NCBI GenBank assembly: GCA_044450345.1
Contig: JBIOIY010000002.1
Location: 96,001-160,000, forward strand
Length of the DNA: 64,000 bases
Source: Thermodesulfovibrionales bacterium
Lineage (GTDB): Bacteria > Nitrospirota > Thermodesulfovibrionia > Thermodesulfovibrionales > UBA6898
Direction: 5' to 3'
Each line of letters begins with the position of its first letter. Position 1 is the stretch's first letter. A model generated the notes under the pieces. That model did not search any database. It saw nothing but the letters and a program-made list of their open reading frames with translations, and had not been told where the DNA came from. Shown piece after piece: positions 18,968 to 29,184 of the stretch. The translations under genes and the position numbers were made by a program.

Positions 18968-21736
18968 TTATTTTTTCTTCGCGGTCTTCTCCTTCAGCGA
19001 AGCCTGCGCCGCCGAGAACCGCGCAATCGGCACCCTGTAAGGCGAGCAACTCACGTAATCCAGACCGATGGCATGACAGAACTCCACAGACTTGGGCTCG
19101 CCCCCATGCTCTCCGCAAATCCCCATCTTAAGTCCTTTCTTCACCTTTCTGCCCTTTGCCACTGCAAGTTTCATGAATGCACCGACGCCGTTCTGGTCGA
19201 TCGTGATGAAGGGATCTTCTTTCAAAATACCTTTTTCAACATAGAAGGGAAGGAACCTTCCCGCATCGTCTCTCGACAGGCCATATACCGTCTGCGTAAG
19301 GTCATTAGTGCCGAAAGAATAAAAGTCGGCAACGGCAGCTATCTCGTCGGAAGTCACACATGCCCTGGGGAGTTCTATCATAGTCCCCACAGTGTAAGGA
19401 ACCCTGACGCCAAAATCCTTTCTCACCCGGTCAGCCGTCGCAATAGTAAGTTCCTTCAAATTCGTCAACTCATTCACGTGACCGACGAGGGGAATCATTA
19501 TCTCCGGAACGACCTTGACCTTCTCCTTCACCAGCTCACAGGCCGCCTCCATAATAGCCTGCACCTGCATTTCATATATTTCGGGATACGTGACCCCGAG
19601 ACGGCATCCGCGGTGTCCGAGCATAGGGTTGAACTCATGGAGTGATTTGTTCTTGACGTTCAACTGCTCGAACGGAACCCCCATTTCATCTGCAAGTTCC
19701 TGCAGTTCTTCATCTGTATGCGGAAGGAACTCATGGAGCGGCGGATCGAGAAGCCTTATCGTCACCGGAAAGCCCGCCATAGCCCTGAATATTCCTATGA
19801 AATCGACCTTCTGGAACGGAAGGAGCTTTGCAAGGGCTTTCTTTCTTCCCTCAATGGTTTCAGAGAGGATCATTTCTCTTACGGCCCTTATCCTGTCAGG
19901 TCCGAAAAACATATGCTCGGTCCTGCAGAGTCCTATCCCTTCGGCCCCGAAATTTCTTGCAACAGTGGCATCGTTAGGGGTATCCGCATTCGTCCTGACC
20001 CTCAGGCCCCTAAACTGGTCAGCCCATTTCATCAGTTCCTTATACCAAAGATTGCGATCAGGATCGGCCGGCAGGAGGTCGAGTTGGCCCTCATACACGC
20101 GGCCTTTCGTCCCGTTCAGGGTTATCCAGTCACCCTCTCTAAGGACCCTCCCGTTCACATGTATCTCCTTTTTACGGACATCAATATTGAGATCTGAACA
20201 GCCCACAATGCAGCATTTGCCCCATCCCCTTGCAACGAGGGCAGCGTGGCTCGTCATTCCGCCCCTTGCGGTAAGTATAGCCTGCGCCGCATGCATGCCA
20301 TGCACATCTTCGGGGGAAGTCTCGTTCCTGACGAGAATGACTTTCTCGCCCTTATTTGCCTTTTCTTCCGCATCGTCCGCAGTAAAGACGATCTTACCAA
20401 TGGCCCCCCCCGGCCCGGCAGGCAATCCCTTGGCGAGTTCAACGGCCTTCTTCTCGGAATTAGGATCAACACTCGGATGCAGAAGTTCATCGAGTTGATC
20501 GGGCTTTACACGCAGGACAGCAGTCTCCTTCGAAATCAATTTCTCCCTGGCCATCTCTACCGCCATCCTTATCGCCGCCGGACCATTTCTCTTGCCGACC
20601 CTCGTTTGGAGCATCCAGAGTCGTCCTTCTTCTATAGTAAATTCTATGTCCTGCATATCGGCGTAGTGTTTTTCGAGTCTTTTCTGGATACTGTAAAGCT
20701 GCTTATAGAGCATCGCCATCGCAGACTCCAGGGAAGGAAGGTGTTTAGTGTCCTCGGTCTTACCTGCCTCATTCACCGGATTCGGGGTTCTGATGCCGGC
20801 GACAACATCTTCGCCCTGGGCATTGGGAAGCCATTCACCGAAGAACACGTTCTCACCCGTTGCGGGGTTCCTGGTAAAGGCGACCCCTGTTGCGGAATTA
20901 TCGCCTGTATTGCCGAATACCATCGACTGGACGCTAACTGCCGTCCCCCAGTCCTCGGGTATCTTCTCTATTTTGCGGTATGATACTGCGCGCTTGCCCA
21001 TCCACGACTGAAAGACTGCTCCGATACCACCCCACAGCTGTTCATAGGGATCGTCAGGAAAATCCTTCTTGAGAGTCTGCCTTATAATCATTTTGAATTC
21101 GTCGCAGAGTTTCTTCAGGTCCTCTACGTTCAGGTCAGTATCGCTTTTGTATCCCTTTTCTTTCTTCAGCCGGTCCATGAAATGTTCGAGCTTGTGACGG
21201 ATTCCTCCGCCTTCTTCCGGCTCAACTCCGGCGGCTTTTTCCATGACAACATCTGAATACATCATGAGCAGGCGACGGTACGCATCGTATACAAAACGAT
21301 CGTTGTTGGTCTTTTTTATGAGTCCGGGGATCGTCTTCGTTGTGAGCCCGACATTGAGGACCGTTTCCATCATGCCAGGCATTGAACTGCGCGCCCCTGA
21401 ACGAACCGAGACAAGGAGGGGATCCATGGGATCTCCGATTTTTTTCCCCATTATCTTTTCGACCTTGGCTACGGCCGAAAAGACTTGTGTCTTCAATTCA
21501 GGCGGATATTTCCGGTTGTTCTTGTAATACAGTGTGCATACCTCAGTCGTAATCGTAAATCCCGGCGGGACGGGTATGGCGAGGTTCGTCATCTCCGCAA
21601 GATTGGCCCCTTTACCGCCCAGGAGATTTTTCATTTCGGCCTTACCATCGGCCTTGCCGGCACCAAAAAAATAGACGTATTTTCTCAACGTTTTTTTTGC
21701 ACTCTTCTTAGCCGCCTTAACTGCTGACTTCGCCAT
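18968..21736 (-). CDS. ppdK: pyruvate, phosphate dikinase
   Basis: GGKGANLAEM, LLVSVRSG, GGMTSHAA (phospho-His), CRTEHMF, GICGEHGG; GGGAGGAG RBS before ATG 21736. Confidence 0.98.
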   Translation of the reverse strand: MAKSAVKAAKKSAKKTLRKYVYFFGAGKADGKAEMKNLLGGKGANLAEMTNLAIPVPPGFTITTEVCTLYYKNNRKYPPELKTQVFSAVAKVEKIMGKKIGDPMDPLLVSVRSGARSSMPGMMETVLNVGLTTKTIPGLIKKTNNDRFVYDAYRRLLMMYSDVVMEKAAGVEPEEGGGIRHKLEHFMDRLKKEKGYKSDTDLNVEDLKKLCDEFKMIIRQTLKKDFPDDPYEQLWGGIGAVFQSWMGKRAVSYRKIEKIPEDWGTAVSVQSMVFGNTGDNSATGVAFTRNPATGENVFFGEWLPNAQGEDVVAGIRTPNPVNEAGKTEDTKHLPSLESAMAMLYKQLYSIQKRLEKHYADMQDIEFTIEEGRLWMLQTRVGKRNGPAAIRMAVEMAREKLISKETAVLRVKPDQLDELLHPSVDPNSEKKAVELAKGLPAGPGGAIGKIVFTADDAEEKANKGEKVILVRNETSPEDVHGMHAAQAILTARGGMTSHAALVARGWGKCCIVGCSDLNIDVRKKEIHVNGRVLREGDWITLNGTKGRVYEGQLDLLPADPDRNLWYKELMKWADQFRGLRVRTNADTPNDATVARNFGAEGIGLCRTEHMFFGPDRIRAVREMILSETIEGRKKALAKLLPFQKVDFIGIFRAMAGFPVTIRLLDPPLHEFLPHTDEELQELADEMGVPFEQLNVKNKSLHEFNPMLGHRGCRLGVTYPEIYEMQVQAIMEAACELVKEKVKVVPEIMIPLVGHVNELTNLKELTIATADRVRKDFGVRVPYTVGTMIELPRACVTSDEIAAVADFYSFGTNDLTQTVYGLSRDDAGRFLPFYVEKGILKEDPFITIDQNGVGAFMKLAVAKGRKVKKGLKMGICGEHGGEPKSVEFCHAIGLDYVSCSPYRVPIARFSAAQASLKEKTAKKK

Positions 21737-21769
21737 GGATACTCCTCCCAACAAGTTAAAAATCATAAT

Positions 21770-21861
21770 TCCTATTAAATTTATAGGACTTATAGAGTAC
21801 CTTACAAATCCATAAAAATTCAATATGAAAACTTAAAGAAATTCTTATAAATTCATTAGGA
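21770..21861. promoter_or_regulatory. two 19-bp palindromic operator-like sites flanking the putative ppdK promoter
   Basis: TCCTATTAAATTTATAGGA (21770-21788) and TCTTATAAATTCATTAGGA (21843-21861); TTGAAT-18-TACTCT on the minus strand between them. Confidence 0.55.
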
Positions 21862-22002
21862 ATTATAATGAATTAACCTCTGTTTCAAATTAGGCCGTTC
21901 TTTCCAGGTTGCTTCACGTCCCTAGTCGTGATAAAAAAATTAGTGGTGTTATTGGCGGCCGTAGCACCCGGAGCAGAAATCACGAGAGCGTCCGGTTAAA
22001 GA

Positions 22003-22383
22003 CTACTGGCCGGCCTCTTTTGAAAATAATTCAATAACCTTGGGGTCCTCTTTTCTCATTGTTGACCTTCCGTCGAATATTCCACCCTCAGCGATCACAA
22101 GTGTAGTGGTAAATAACTCTCCGATGATCTCGCCTTTATTTCTTATCTCGCATATCTCTCCTATCTTTAAATTGCCCTCTACCCTTCCGCCGACAACGAC
22201 TCCGCGTGCTGTTATATCCCCCTTCACCCGGGATTTTTCCCCCAGTACCACCCAATCCGCCTGAATATTGCCTTCCACTATCCCGTCTATCCTGATCGTG
22301 CCTTTCGTGCTGACATCCCCCGTGAACATCGAGTCGGGGCCTACAAGGGATTCCAATTTTTCAGTATTCTTGTGGAACATCAT
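22003..22383 (-). CDS. bactofilin (polymer-forming cytoskeletal protein)
   Basis: GTIRIDGIVEGNI...GRVEGNL...LVIAEGGIFDG beta-helix repeats. Confidence 0.92.
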   Translation of the reverse strand: MMFHKNTEKLESLVGPDSMFTGDVSTKGTIRIDGIVEGNIQADWVVLGEKSRVKGDITARGVVVGGRVEGNLKIGEICEIRNKGEIIGELFTTTLVIAEGGIFDGRSTMRKEDPKVIELFSKEAGQ

Positions 22384-23216
22384 GACCTCCCTTTAAGATA
22401 CGAATCCGGATTTACCGCCTTACCGTTAAGCCACACCTCGTAATGCACATGGGGGCCGGTAGAATTGCCGGTCGAACCGATATAACTTATGATATCTCCA
22501 CGCTTTACCCTCTGACCTGTTCTGACCGCAACCATCTTGTTATGCGCATAAAACGTTGAGAAACCTGCCCCGTGCTCGATAACTACCAGATTTCCATTTG
22601 CTCCGCTCCAGCCGGAAAAACTGACAATGCCTTCTCCTGTAGCCTTTACCGGACGCCCGGGTTCAGCCGCTATGTCGACACCGCTATGAAATTCGCTCTC
22701 ACCGGACGTCGGGTGTTCCCGAAGCCCGAATGGAGAAGTAACGTATCCTTCAACCGGCCAGCCCTTGGGAGTGGCCACATAGATATCTCTCTGCTGGCTT
22801 AAATAATCCTTTATTTCACCGACACTTTCCATCGTTGCCCTAATCTGTTTCTTTAAGTCTTCCATGTCTATTGAGCCACTATCGGACGTGTCAAGATTCT
22901 CGAGTATTTTTTCCTTGGAGCTAAAAGAAAAGAGTCGTTTGAACTCAGTATCTGCTTTCTTCAAACTGGCTATCGTGGCTTTAACTTCTATGAACTGCGA
23001 TGCATAATAGTTAAGCCGCTGATTCATCTCTTTATATTTCACCGCATTTACTCCGATAGAAAAAAGATATATAGAAACCCCCGCCCATATGACAATCGAA
23101 ACAATGACGCCAAGCGAAGGCAGTTTAATCCTCCACGATTTTGAATCACTATGAGGAATGACCATGATGGTCACCGGGGTAAAGGCCTTTTTCAGTATTT
23201 TTTTTGTCCTAAGCAT
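22380..23216 (-). CDS. M23 family metallopeptidase with N-terminal TM and coiled coil
   Basis: HSGVD (HxxxD), YAHN, STGPHVHYEV. Confidence 0.93.
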   Translation of the reverse strand: MLRTKKILKKAFTPVTIMVIPHSDSKSWRIKLPSLGVIVSIVIWAGVSIYLFSIGVNAVKYKEMNQRLNYYASQFIEVKATIASLKKADTEFKRLFSFSSKEKILENLDTSDSGSIDMEDLKKQIRATMESVGEIKDYLSQQRDIYVATPKGWPVEGYVTSPFGLREHPTSGESEFHSGVDIAAEPGRPVKATGEGIVSFSGWSGANGNLVVIEHGAGFSTFYAHNKMVAVRTGQRVKRGDIISYIGSTGNSTGPHVHYEVWLNGKAVNPDSYLKGRS

Positions 23217-24249
23217 ATCTAACCCCCCTTATTCCCTTTTTGACACTTCCTATCATGTAAGCCCCAAAGCCCTTCTTTCTTAACGCGGCGAGAACTTTTT
23301 TTCCTTCTTTCTCGCTAACGACAACGATTAACCCGAGCCCCATATTGAAGGTCCTTTTCATGTCCTCTTCCGGTACGTTACCTGCCTTGCGAATCACCGA
23401 AAATATCGCCGGTTCAGGCCAAGACCCTTTATAAAGCAACGCCCCGAGACCTCTAGGAAATATCCTGGGCAGATTCCCGGGGATACCGCCTCCCGTAATA
23501 TGCGCCATCCCTTTCACATCCACCTTATCTTTTATCGCCTTAAACGCCTTCACATAGATAGTGGTGGGCTTTAAAAGCTCCTCACCCAGCGAAACGCCTA
23601 TTACAGGAAGGATTTTTTTTGCGCTCATTCTTTTCGAATCAAATAAGACCTTCCTGGCAAGGGAGTATCCGTTGCTGTGCAGGCCGCTTGAAGGAATGCC
23701 GATTAAGGAATCTCCGTCCTTAATCCGGGTTCCGTCAATCAGCTTTCTTCTTTCGACAACCCCCACGGCGAATCCCGAGAGATCGTATTCTCCACGTGCG
23801 TAAAAACCGGGCATCTCTGCCGTCTCACCCCCGATAAGAGAACATCCGGCCTCAAGACAACCGGTTGTTATGCCTCTTAGCACTTCAGCAGCGCTTTCCG
23901 GCTTCAGCTTACCCGTGGCAAAATAGTCGAGGAAGAAGAGCGGCTCCGCCCCGCTGGTGAGTATGTCATTGACACACATGGCAACAAGGTCAATACCTAC
24001 CGTATCGTGCCGGCCGGTCATAAAGGCTATCTTCAGCTTTGTGCCGACACCGTCCGTCCCGCTCACAAGGATTGGATCCTTATATTTGCGGGTATCGAGT
24101 TTGAAAAAAGCGCCGAAAGAGCCTATATCTGCCATTACTTCGGGCCTGAAAGTTCTTCTGGCGAGGGGCTTAATTATCCGGACGAACCGCTCTCCCTCGT
24201 TAATGTCAACTCCGGCCTTCTTATAGGTAAGTCTTTTGTTTGTTTCCAT
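23209..24249 (-). CDS. purM: phosphoribosylformylglycinamidine cyclo-ligase
   Basis: YKKAGVD, DGVGTK, GGETAEMPG, SSGLHSNGYSL. Confidence 0.98.
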   Translation of the reverse strand: METNKRLTYKKAGVDINEGERFVRIIKPLARRTFRPEVMADIGSFGAFFKLDTRKYKDPILVSGTDGVGTKLKIAFMTGRHDTVGIDLVAMCVNDILTSGAEPLFFLDYFATGKLKPESAAEVLRGITTGCLEAGCSLIGGETAEMPGFYARGEYDLSGFAVGVVERRKLIDGTRIKDGDSLIGIPSSGLHSNGYSLARKVLFDSKRMSAKKILPVIGVSLGEELLKPTTIYVKAFKAIKDKVDVKGMAHITGGGIPGNLPRIFPRGLGALLYKGSWPEPAIFSVIRKAGNVPEEDMKRTFNMGLGLIVVVSEKEGKKVLAALRKKGFGAYMIGSVKKGIRGVRYA

Positions 24250-24415
24250 AAAATAGTTGATGAGGCAGGACTCGTTTTGAACGAATATATTTTGCACAAA
24301 GTCATTCTAAAGGGCAAGTCAAATTTTTAATTATGCATTTTATATTCTTTATTGCCACACCTAAAGGCTCAGAACCTTATTCTCGAAAAGAGGTGTTTCT
24401 GCTAAGATATGGGTG

Positions 24416-25198
24416 ATGCCTCTGATACTTGTAACGAATGACGACGGCGTGCATTCTCCAGGGATTGTGGCGCTTTACGGGGCGGTGAAGCATTTGGGTG
24501 ACGCATACATCGTTGCTCCGGACAGGGAACGAAGCGCTGCAGGCCATTCCCTCACCCTCCACCGGCCCTTGAAAGTGACAGAGGTTAGGGAAAGGGTATA
24601 CAGCATCAACGGCACCCCGACTGATTGCGTAACCCTGGGTATTAACAAGGTCCTGCCCGAAAAACCGGCGCTTGTCGTGTCGGGGATTAACAGGGGGGCC
24701 AATCTCGGGGATGATGTTACATACTCAGGGACCGTCTCCGCGGCGATCGAAGGGACCATATTCGGAATACCCTCCATTGCGTTTTCGCTGCCGGCGGCAA
24801 AGCACTGCCATTTCGATGCAGCATCAGCCATAGCACACGACATCGCCAAATTTGTCCTGGAGCACTCACTGCCCTATGATACGCTGTTGAACGTCAATAT
24901 ACCGAATGTCGATAAAGAAAACATCAGGGGCATCCGGTTCACCAGGCAAGGGAAGCGTATTTACGACGGTGCGATATTGGAAACGTTTGATCCCTGGGGA
25001 GAGAAGCACTACTGGATAGGAGGGGGAAAACCATATTGGGAACGGGGTGAAGATACGGACATAGAAACAGTTGAGGCAGGCTATATTTCGGTAACGCCGA
25101 TACACCTGGACCTCACAAACTACAATGCCCTCTCCTTATTCAAGGAAAAATGGCGTGGGGACGAAATGTGGAAAGATAAACCAAATGAAAAATTTTGA
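24416..25198 (+). CDS. surE: 5'/3'-nucleotidase SurE
   Basis: ILVTNDDG, GTPTDC, SGINRGAN, YSGTVSAA. Confidence 0.97.
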   Translation: MPLILVTNDDGVHSPGIVALYGAVKHLGDAYIVAPDRERSAAGHSLTLHRPLKVTEVRERVYSINGTPTDCVTLGINKVLPEKPALVVSGINRGANLGDDVTYSGTVSAAIEGTIFGIPSIAFSLPAAKHCHFDAASAIAHDIAKFVLEHSLPYDTLLNVNIPNVDKENIRGIRFTRQGKRIYDGAILETFDPWGEKHYWIGGGKPYWERGEDTDIETVEAGYISVTPIHLDLTNYNALSLFKEKWRGDEMWKDKPNEKF

Positions 25199-26582
25199 CG
25201 TTATCGTCATCGGCGCCGGGCCATCCGGGATATTCGCGGCACTCGAACTTCTCAAGTCGAATAAGAAATTAAGCATTCTCATGATCGAAAAAGGTAAAGA
25301 TATCGACCAAAGGGCCTGCCCCGTAAAGGTCAAAAAAATCTCCTGTACCGCCTGCAAGGAATGCGATCTCCTGAGCGGCTGGGGCGGGGCTGGTGCGTTC
25401 AGTGACGGCAAGCTAAGTCTCTCTCCTGAGGTCGGGGGGTTCCTTTCCCGTTACATGGATAAGGACGAGGTAAGATCACTTATAAATTATGTCGATGGAA
25501 TATATTTGAAGTACGGCGCCCCTGCCGAGATATTCGGCAACAGCCCGGAAGAAGTGCAGGAACTGGAAAAGCTCGCATCTTTCAACAACCTTGTTCTCAT
25601 CCCCTCTAAAATTCGACATATCGGCACCGACAGATGCAAGGTGCTCCTAAAAAGGGTCCGCGAAGACATCTGCAACTCTATCGAGACGATTTTTCAGGCT
25701 GAGGCAGGGACCGTGATTACCGAAGACGGCAAATACAGGGGAGTGAAACTAAAAGACGGTACCGAGTTCCTCTCGGACTTCCTTGTCCTTGCTCCCGGCC
25801 GTGAAGGCTCCCGCTGGCTCGAGGAAGAGTCCAAGAGACTTGGTTTTACGCTGCTTAAGAACCCCGTGGATATCGGGGTTAGGGTAGAGCTTCCCGCCTC
25901 CGTCCTTGAGCCGCTTACCAGAATCACCTACGAGCCAAAACTCCTCTTCTACTCAAAGAGGTTCGATGACAAAGTCAGGACCTTTTGCGTAAATCCCTAT
26001 GGCGAAGTCGTGAAGGAATATCTTAAAGGAATCTGGACAGTAAATGGTCACAGTTACGCCGACAGGAGGACTAACAATACGAACTTCGCCATCCTTGTCA
26101 GCACATACTTCACCGAGCCATTTGATCAGCCGATTTCGTATGGGAGGTATATCGCACAGCTCGCGAACTTTCTGGGGAAGGGGGTGATCGTTCAAAGACT
26201 CGGTGACCTGATGTCGGGCAGGCGTTCTACACAAGAACGCATTTCGAAAGGGATAGTGCGGCCTACCCTCGACGACGCCACTCCAGGTGACCTGAGCTTC
26301 GTCATCCCCTACCGTTATCTTTGCGACATCATGGAAATGCTGGAAGCCCTCGACAGGATAGCGCCGGGGGTGAACTCGCGGCATACCCTCCTTTACGGCG
26401 TCGAAGTAAAATTCTATTCCATGCAGTTGAAGCTCACCGACAGGCTCGAGACCGAGATAGCTAACATATTCGCCATAGGGGACGGGGCCGGCGTCAGCAG
26501 AGGGCTCATACAGGCGTCGGCATCGGGGGTCGTGGCGGCAAGAGAGATACTGGCCCGTGCCGGTATCGCCGGCGTGTCATGA
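25185..26582 (+). CDS. NAD(P)/FAD-dependent oxidoreductase, uncharacterised
   Basis: VIVIGAGPSG, GWGGAGAFSDGK, RHIGTD, TFCVNPYG, GDGAGVSRG. Confidence 0.85.
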   Translation: MKNFDVIVIGAGPSGIFAALELLKSNKKLSILMIEKGKDIDQRACPVKVKKISCTACKECDLLSGWGGAGAFSDGKLSLSPEVGGFLSRYMDKDEVRSLINYVDGIYLKYGAPAEIFGNSPEEVQELEKLASFNNLVLIPSKIRHIGTDRCKVLLKRVREDICNSIETIFQAEAGTVITEDGKYRGVKLKDGTEFLSDFLVLAPGREGSRWLEEESKRLGFTLLKNPVDIGVRVELPASVLEPLTRITYEPKLLFYSKRFDDKVRTFCVNPYGEVVKEYLKGIWTVNGHSYADRRTNNTNFAILVSTYFTEPFDQPISYGRYIAQLANFLGKGVIVQRLGDLMSGRRSTQERISKGIVRPTLDDATPGDLSFVIPYRYLCDIMEMLEALDRIAPGVNSRHTLLYGVEVKFYSMQLKLTDRLETEIANIFAIGDGAGVSRGLIQASASGVVAAREILARAGIAGVS

Positions 26583-26598
26583 AGTGTTAAGAAAGTAG

Positions 26599-27246
26599 AT
26601 GGACTACCAAAGACTCAGAGATGATATGGCGGATACCCAGCTTGTACCAAGGGGCATTAGAGACAAAGCGGTCCTGAATGCCATGCGCACGGTCCCGCGC
26701 CACCTCTTTGTTGACGAATCGACGCAATACAGGGCATATGACGACATGGCCCTTCCCATCGGCGAGGGGCAGACGATCTCTCAGCCGTATATGGTTGCGG
26801 TAATGACTGAACTGCTTGGGTTGACCGGCAAGGAAAAAGTGCTCGAGATCGGTACGGGCTCGGGGTATCAGGCGGCGGTGCTGGCCCATCTCGCAAAAGA
26901 GGTCTTTACAATCGAGCGCATCGCTTCACTTGCAGAAAAGGCAGAGCAGAGGTTCCGCGACCTCGCCTATTTCAATATCCATGTAAAAATAGGGGACGGC
27001 ACACTCGGATGGCCGGAAAAAGCGCCTTTTGACGGGATAATCATTACCGCTGGCTCGCCAAAGATGCCTGACCCCCTGAAAGAACAGGTTTCTGAAAACG
27101 GCATCATCGTCATACCGGTCGGGAGCAGATACTCCCAGCAACTTCTCAGAATAAAGAAAACGAAATCGGGATTTGAGGAAGAATATCACACGCCGTGCGT
27201 ATTCGTGCCGCTTATAGGTGAACATGGATGGAAAGAGAAAGATTAG
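26599..27246 (+). CDS. pcm: protein-L-isoaspartate O-methyltransferase
   Basis: VPRHLFV, GQTISQPY, VLEIGTGSGYQAA, FVPLIG. Confidence 0.97.
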   Translation: MDYQRLRDDMADTQLVPRGIRDKAVLNAMRTVPRHLFVDESTQYRAYDDMALPIGEGQTISQPYMVAVMTELLGLTGKEKVLEIGTGSGYQAAVLAHLAKEVFTIERIASLAEKAEQRFRDLAYFNIHVKIGDGTLGWPEKAPFDGIIITAGSPKMPDPLKEQVSENGIIVIPVGSRYSQQLLRIKKTKSGFEEEYHTPCVFVPLIGEHGWKEKD

Positions 27247-27267
27247 GTGCGGACAAAGTCAAAGGGA

Positions 27268-29184
27268 TCATCTTTTCAGCCCCGCCTTGATATTCCGCAG
27301 AAGGCTGCCGTATCTCTTTAGCTCCCCGGGGCCCATCTGTTTTCGCCCGAACCTGTGTTCCTCATAAAGTCTCATAAATTCCCTTACCTCTCCTTCAATC
27401 GGAAGACCGCGAGCTTTGTTTACTACCTCTCCTGGTGTAATCGAAATCGGAACAGCGACTCCGGGCCCCGCCATCGCCTCCCTGATATCTACATATTTCT
27501 GGCTCACAAAGTCATATCTTTTTCGGCCGATCGCCCTGCGGATTACATAGATGAGGCAAGCGAGCAGTACAGAAGAAGGAACCAAATACCACAAGTCCCT
27601 CATCTTCCCGGCCTTTATTACGTAGGCAGCAGGATATGCGAAAAGATCAGCCAAGGATTTAAGGATCGTCCTTTGGTCTTCACCCCTGAAGCCCACCACG
27701 TACCTCTCCCAGTTCATTTTAACCGAATCCAGCAAAAGGGTGACTGCCGTCAGACGCCGCGAGGGAACAGACGGTGTCGGGTCAAATCTTGTCCACCTGT
27801 CGTCAATCAAAGCCTCGACCCATGAATGCGCGTCGCTCTGCCTCACTATGATGTATCCCCCATATTGGTTTCTTTCACCTCCATAGAAACCATTGACTAT
27901 CCTGGAGGGTATACCCAATCCCCGAAGCATCAAAACCATTGAGGTCGCGAAATGTTCGCAGAACCCTTTTTTTGAATAAAAGAGAAAGTCGGTGACGGGG
28001 TCTATCCCTTCCGGCGAACGGGAAACAGCCAACGAATAGGAATAATTCTCCTTCAGATATCGCTCAATCAGAACCGCCCTCTCCCTGTCCGTCCTGCCCT
28101 TCGACGCAATATTTCGTGCAAGATGCTGCACCCTTTCCAGTCCCGGGGGCGACTGAAGATATCTGGAATCCCCGACACCCGGGACCGCACTGCGCGCGAT
28201 GCTGTAGGCCGTATAAAAAGCCCTTCTTGCAGCCTTTCGGGACAAAAACAGGGCGTCCGCACGGTCCGTCCAGACCAAGAAAGAATCGACTTTTATCCCC
28301 TTTATTTCCGTCAGCCCGAAGATGATATCCGAATCGATAGGCTCCAGGTATATCCTCTGCTCGACTGCCGACTCTTTGTCATAGCTGCCGATAACATACT
28401 CCTCCCCGACTTTCACTGACCTGTACCGCTCGCTCACTGTATTCTTCCACAAAGTGCCGTCGAAATGATCCAGTGACATGCCTCGCCAGTAATATGGAGG
28501 AGAAGGGTCTCGTCCCAATTCAATCCGCATGACTACCGACGGATCAAGCTTAACCTCACCCATGGAACCGAAATTTACCCGGTCCGAAAAACCCGATGTC
28601 CTCATCCCTTTGACATGACTCTTTCCCAAAAATGTATAGGTGTTCCTCGGCAGGGCGATAAAGAGAACCACTGTCGATGCAAGAGATAACACAGAAATCA
28701 TCATGATAGGCTTCAACAATCCGATCTCCCCCTCATGTCTATATTTCACAAAATGAGAAAATACCATCGCCGCGACGAGCGCCGCAAGGAAGACAATGAA
28801 AACAACACCGAAGACGAGCGACTGAGACAGCTCCGATGCAATCACCATCTGAAGGAGCGAGACGAAATATACCTGGAGATGGTCCCAGGGTTCTTTGAGG
28901 TCGTAGCTCTTTATCGCCTGGAATGTTATGGTAAGGTGCGCAACGGCGATAAAAAAGTCGCCGGAGACGAGCGAATCGAATGAGAAAACAGCGAGGGCAA
29001 GCACGGAACACATCCCGATGACCCAGCCGGGCGCGGCCCCCCTGCCCTTCAGAAAACGGTAGTACCCGGGGATTATCGCTATGCCGCCGGCTGCCATGAC
29101 AGGATTTATCTCACCGGTAAGGACGAGACCTATACTTCCGGTAAGGCCAAGAAAAGCGGTGAGAATTTTATACGTCCTCGGCAT
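27268..29184 (-). CDS. membrane-anchored transglutaminase-like protein (DUF3488/TgpA type)
   Basis: N-terminal TM bundle, YYWRG, catalytic triad GFCEHFA / DAHSWVE / RFDPT. Confidence 0.9.
   Translation of the reverse strand: MPRTYKILTAFLGLTGSIGLVLTGEINPVMAAGGIAIIPGYYRFLKGRGAAPGWVIGMCSVLALAVFSFDSLVSGDFFIAVAHLTITFQAIKSYDLKEPWDHLQVYFVSLLQMVIASELSQSLVFGVVFIVFLAALVAAMVFSHFVKYRHEGEIGLLKPIMMISVLSLASTVVLFIALPRNTYTFLGKSHVKGMRTSGFSDRVNFGSMGEVKLDPSVVMRIELGRDPSPPYYWRGMSLDHFDGTLWKNTVSERYRSVKVGEEYVIGSYDKESAVEQRIYLEPIDSDIIFGLTEIKGIKVDSFLVWTDRADALFLSRKAARRAFYTAYSIARSAVPGVGDSRYLQSPPGLERVQHLARNIASKGRTDRERAVLIERYLKENYSYSLAVSRSPEGIDPVTDFLFYSKKGFCEHFATSMVLMLRGLGIPSRIVNGFYGGERNQYGGYIIVRQSDAHSWVEALIDDRWTRFDPTPSVPSRRLTAVTLLLDSVKMNWERYVVGFRGEDQRTILKSLADLFAYPAAYVIKAGKMRDLWYLVPSSVLLACLIYVIRRAIGRKRYDFVSQKYVDIREAMAGPGVAVPISITPGEVVNKARGLPIEGEVREFMRLYEEHRFGRKQMGPGELKRYGSLLRNIKAGLKR

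Noticed and set aside
19515..20498. 327-aa + strand ORF, and similar long ORFs opposite the ABC binding protein, kinase, degP/Q and recD2 genes
   Set aside because: Antisense shadows of well-conserved genes, with no motifs or RBS.
22003..23216. M23 peptidase-bactofilin pair as a new system
   Set aside because: Already described cell-shape module (e.g. Helicobacter Csd1/CcmA, Hyphomonas LmdC/BacA).
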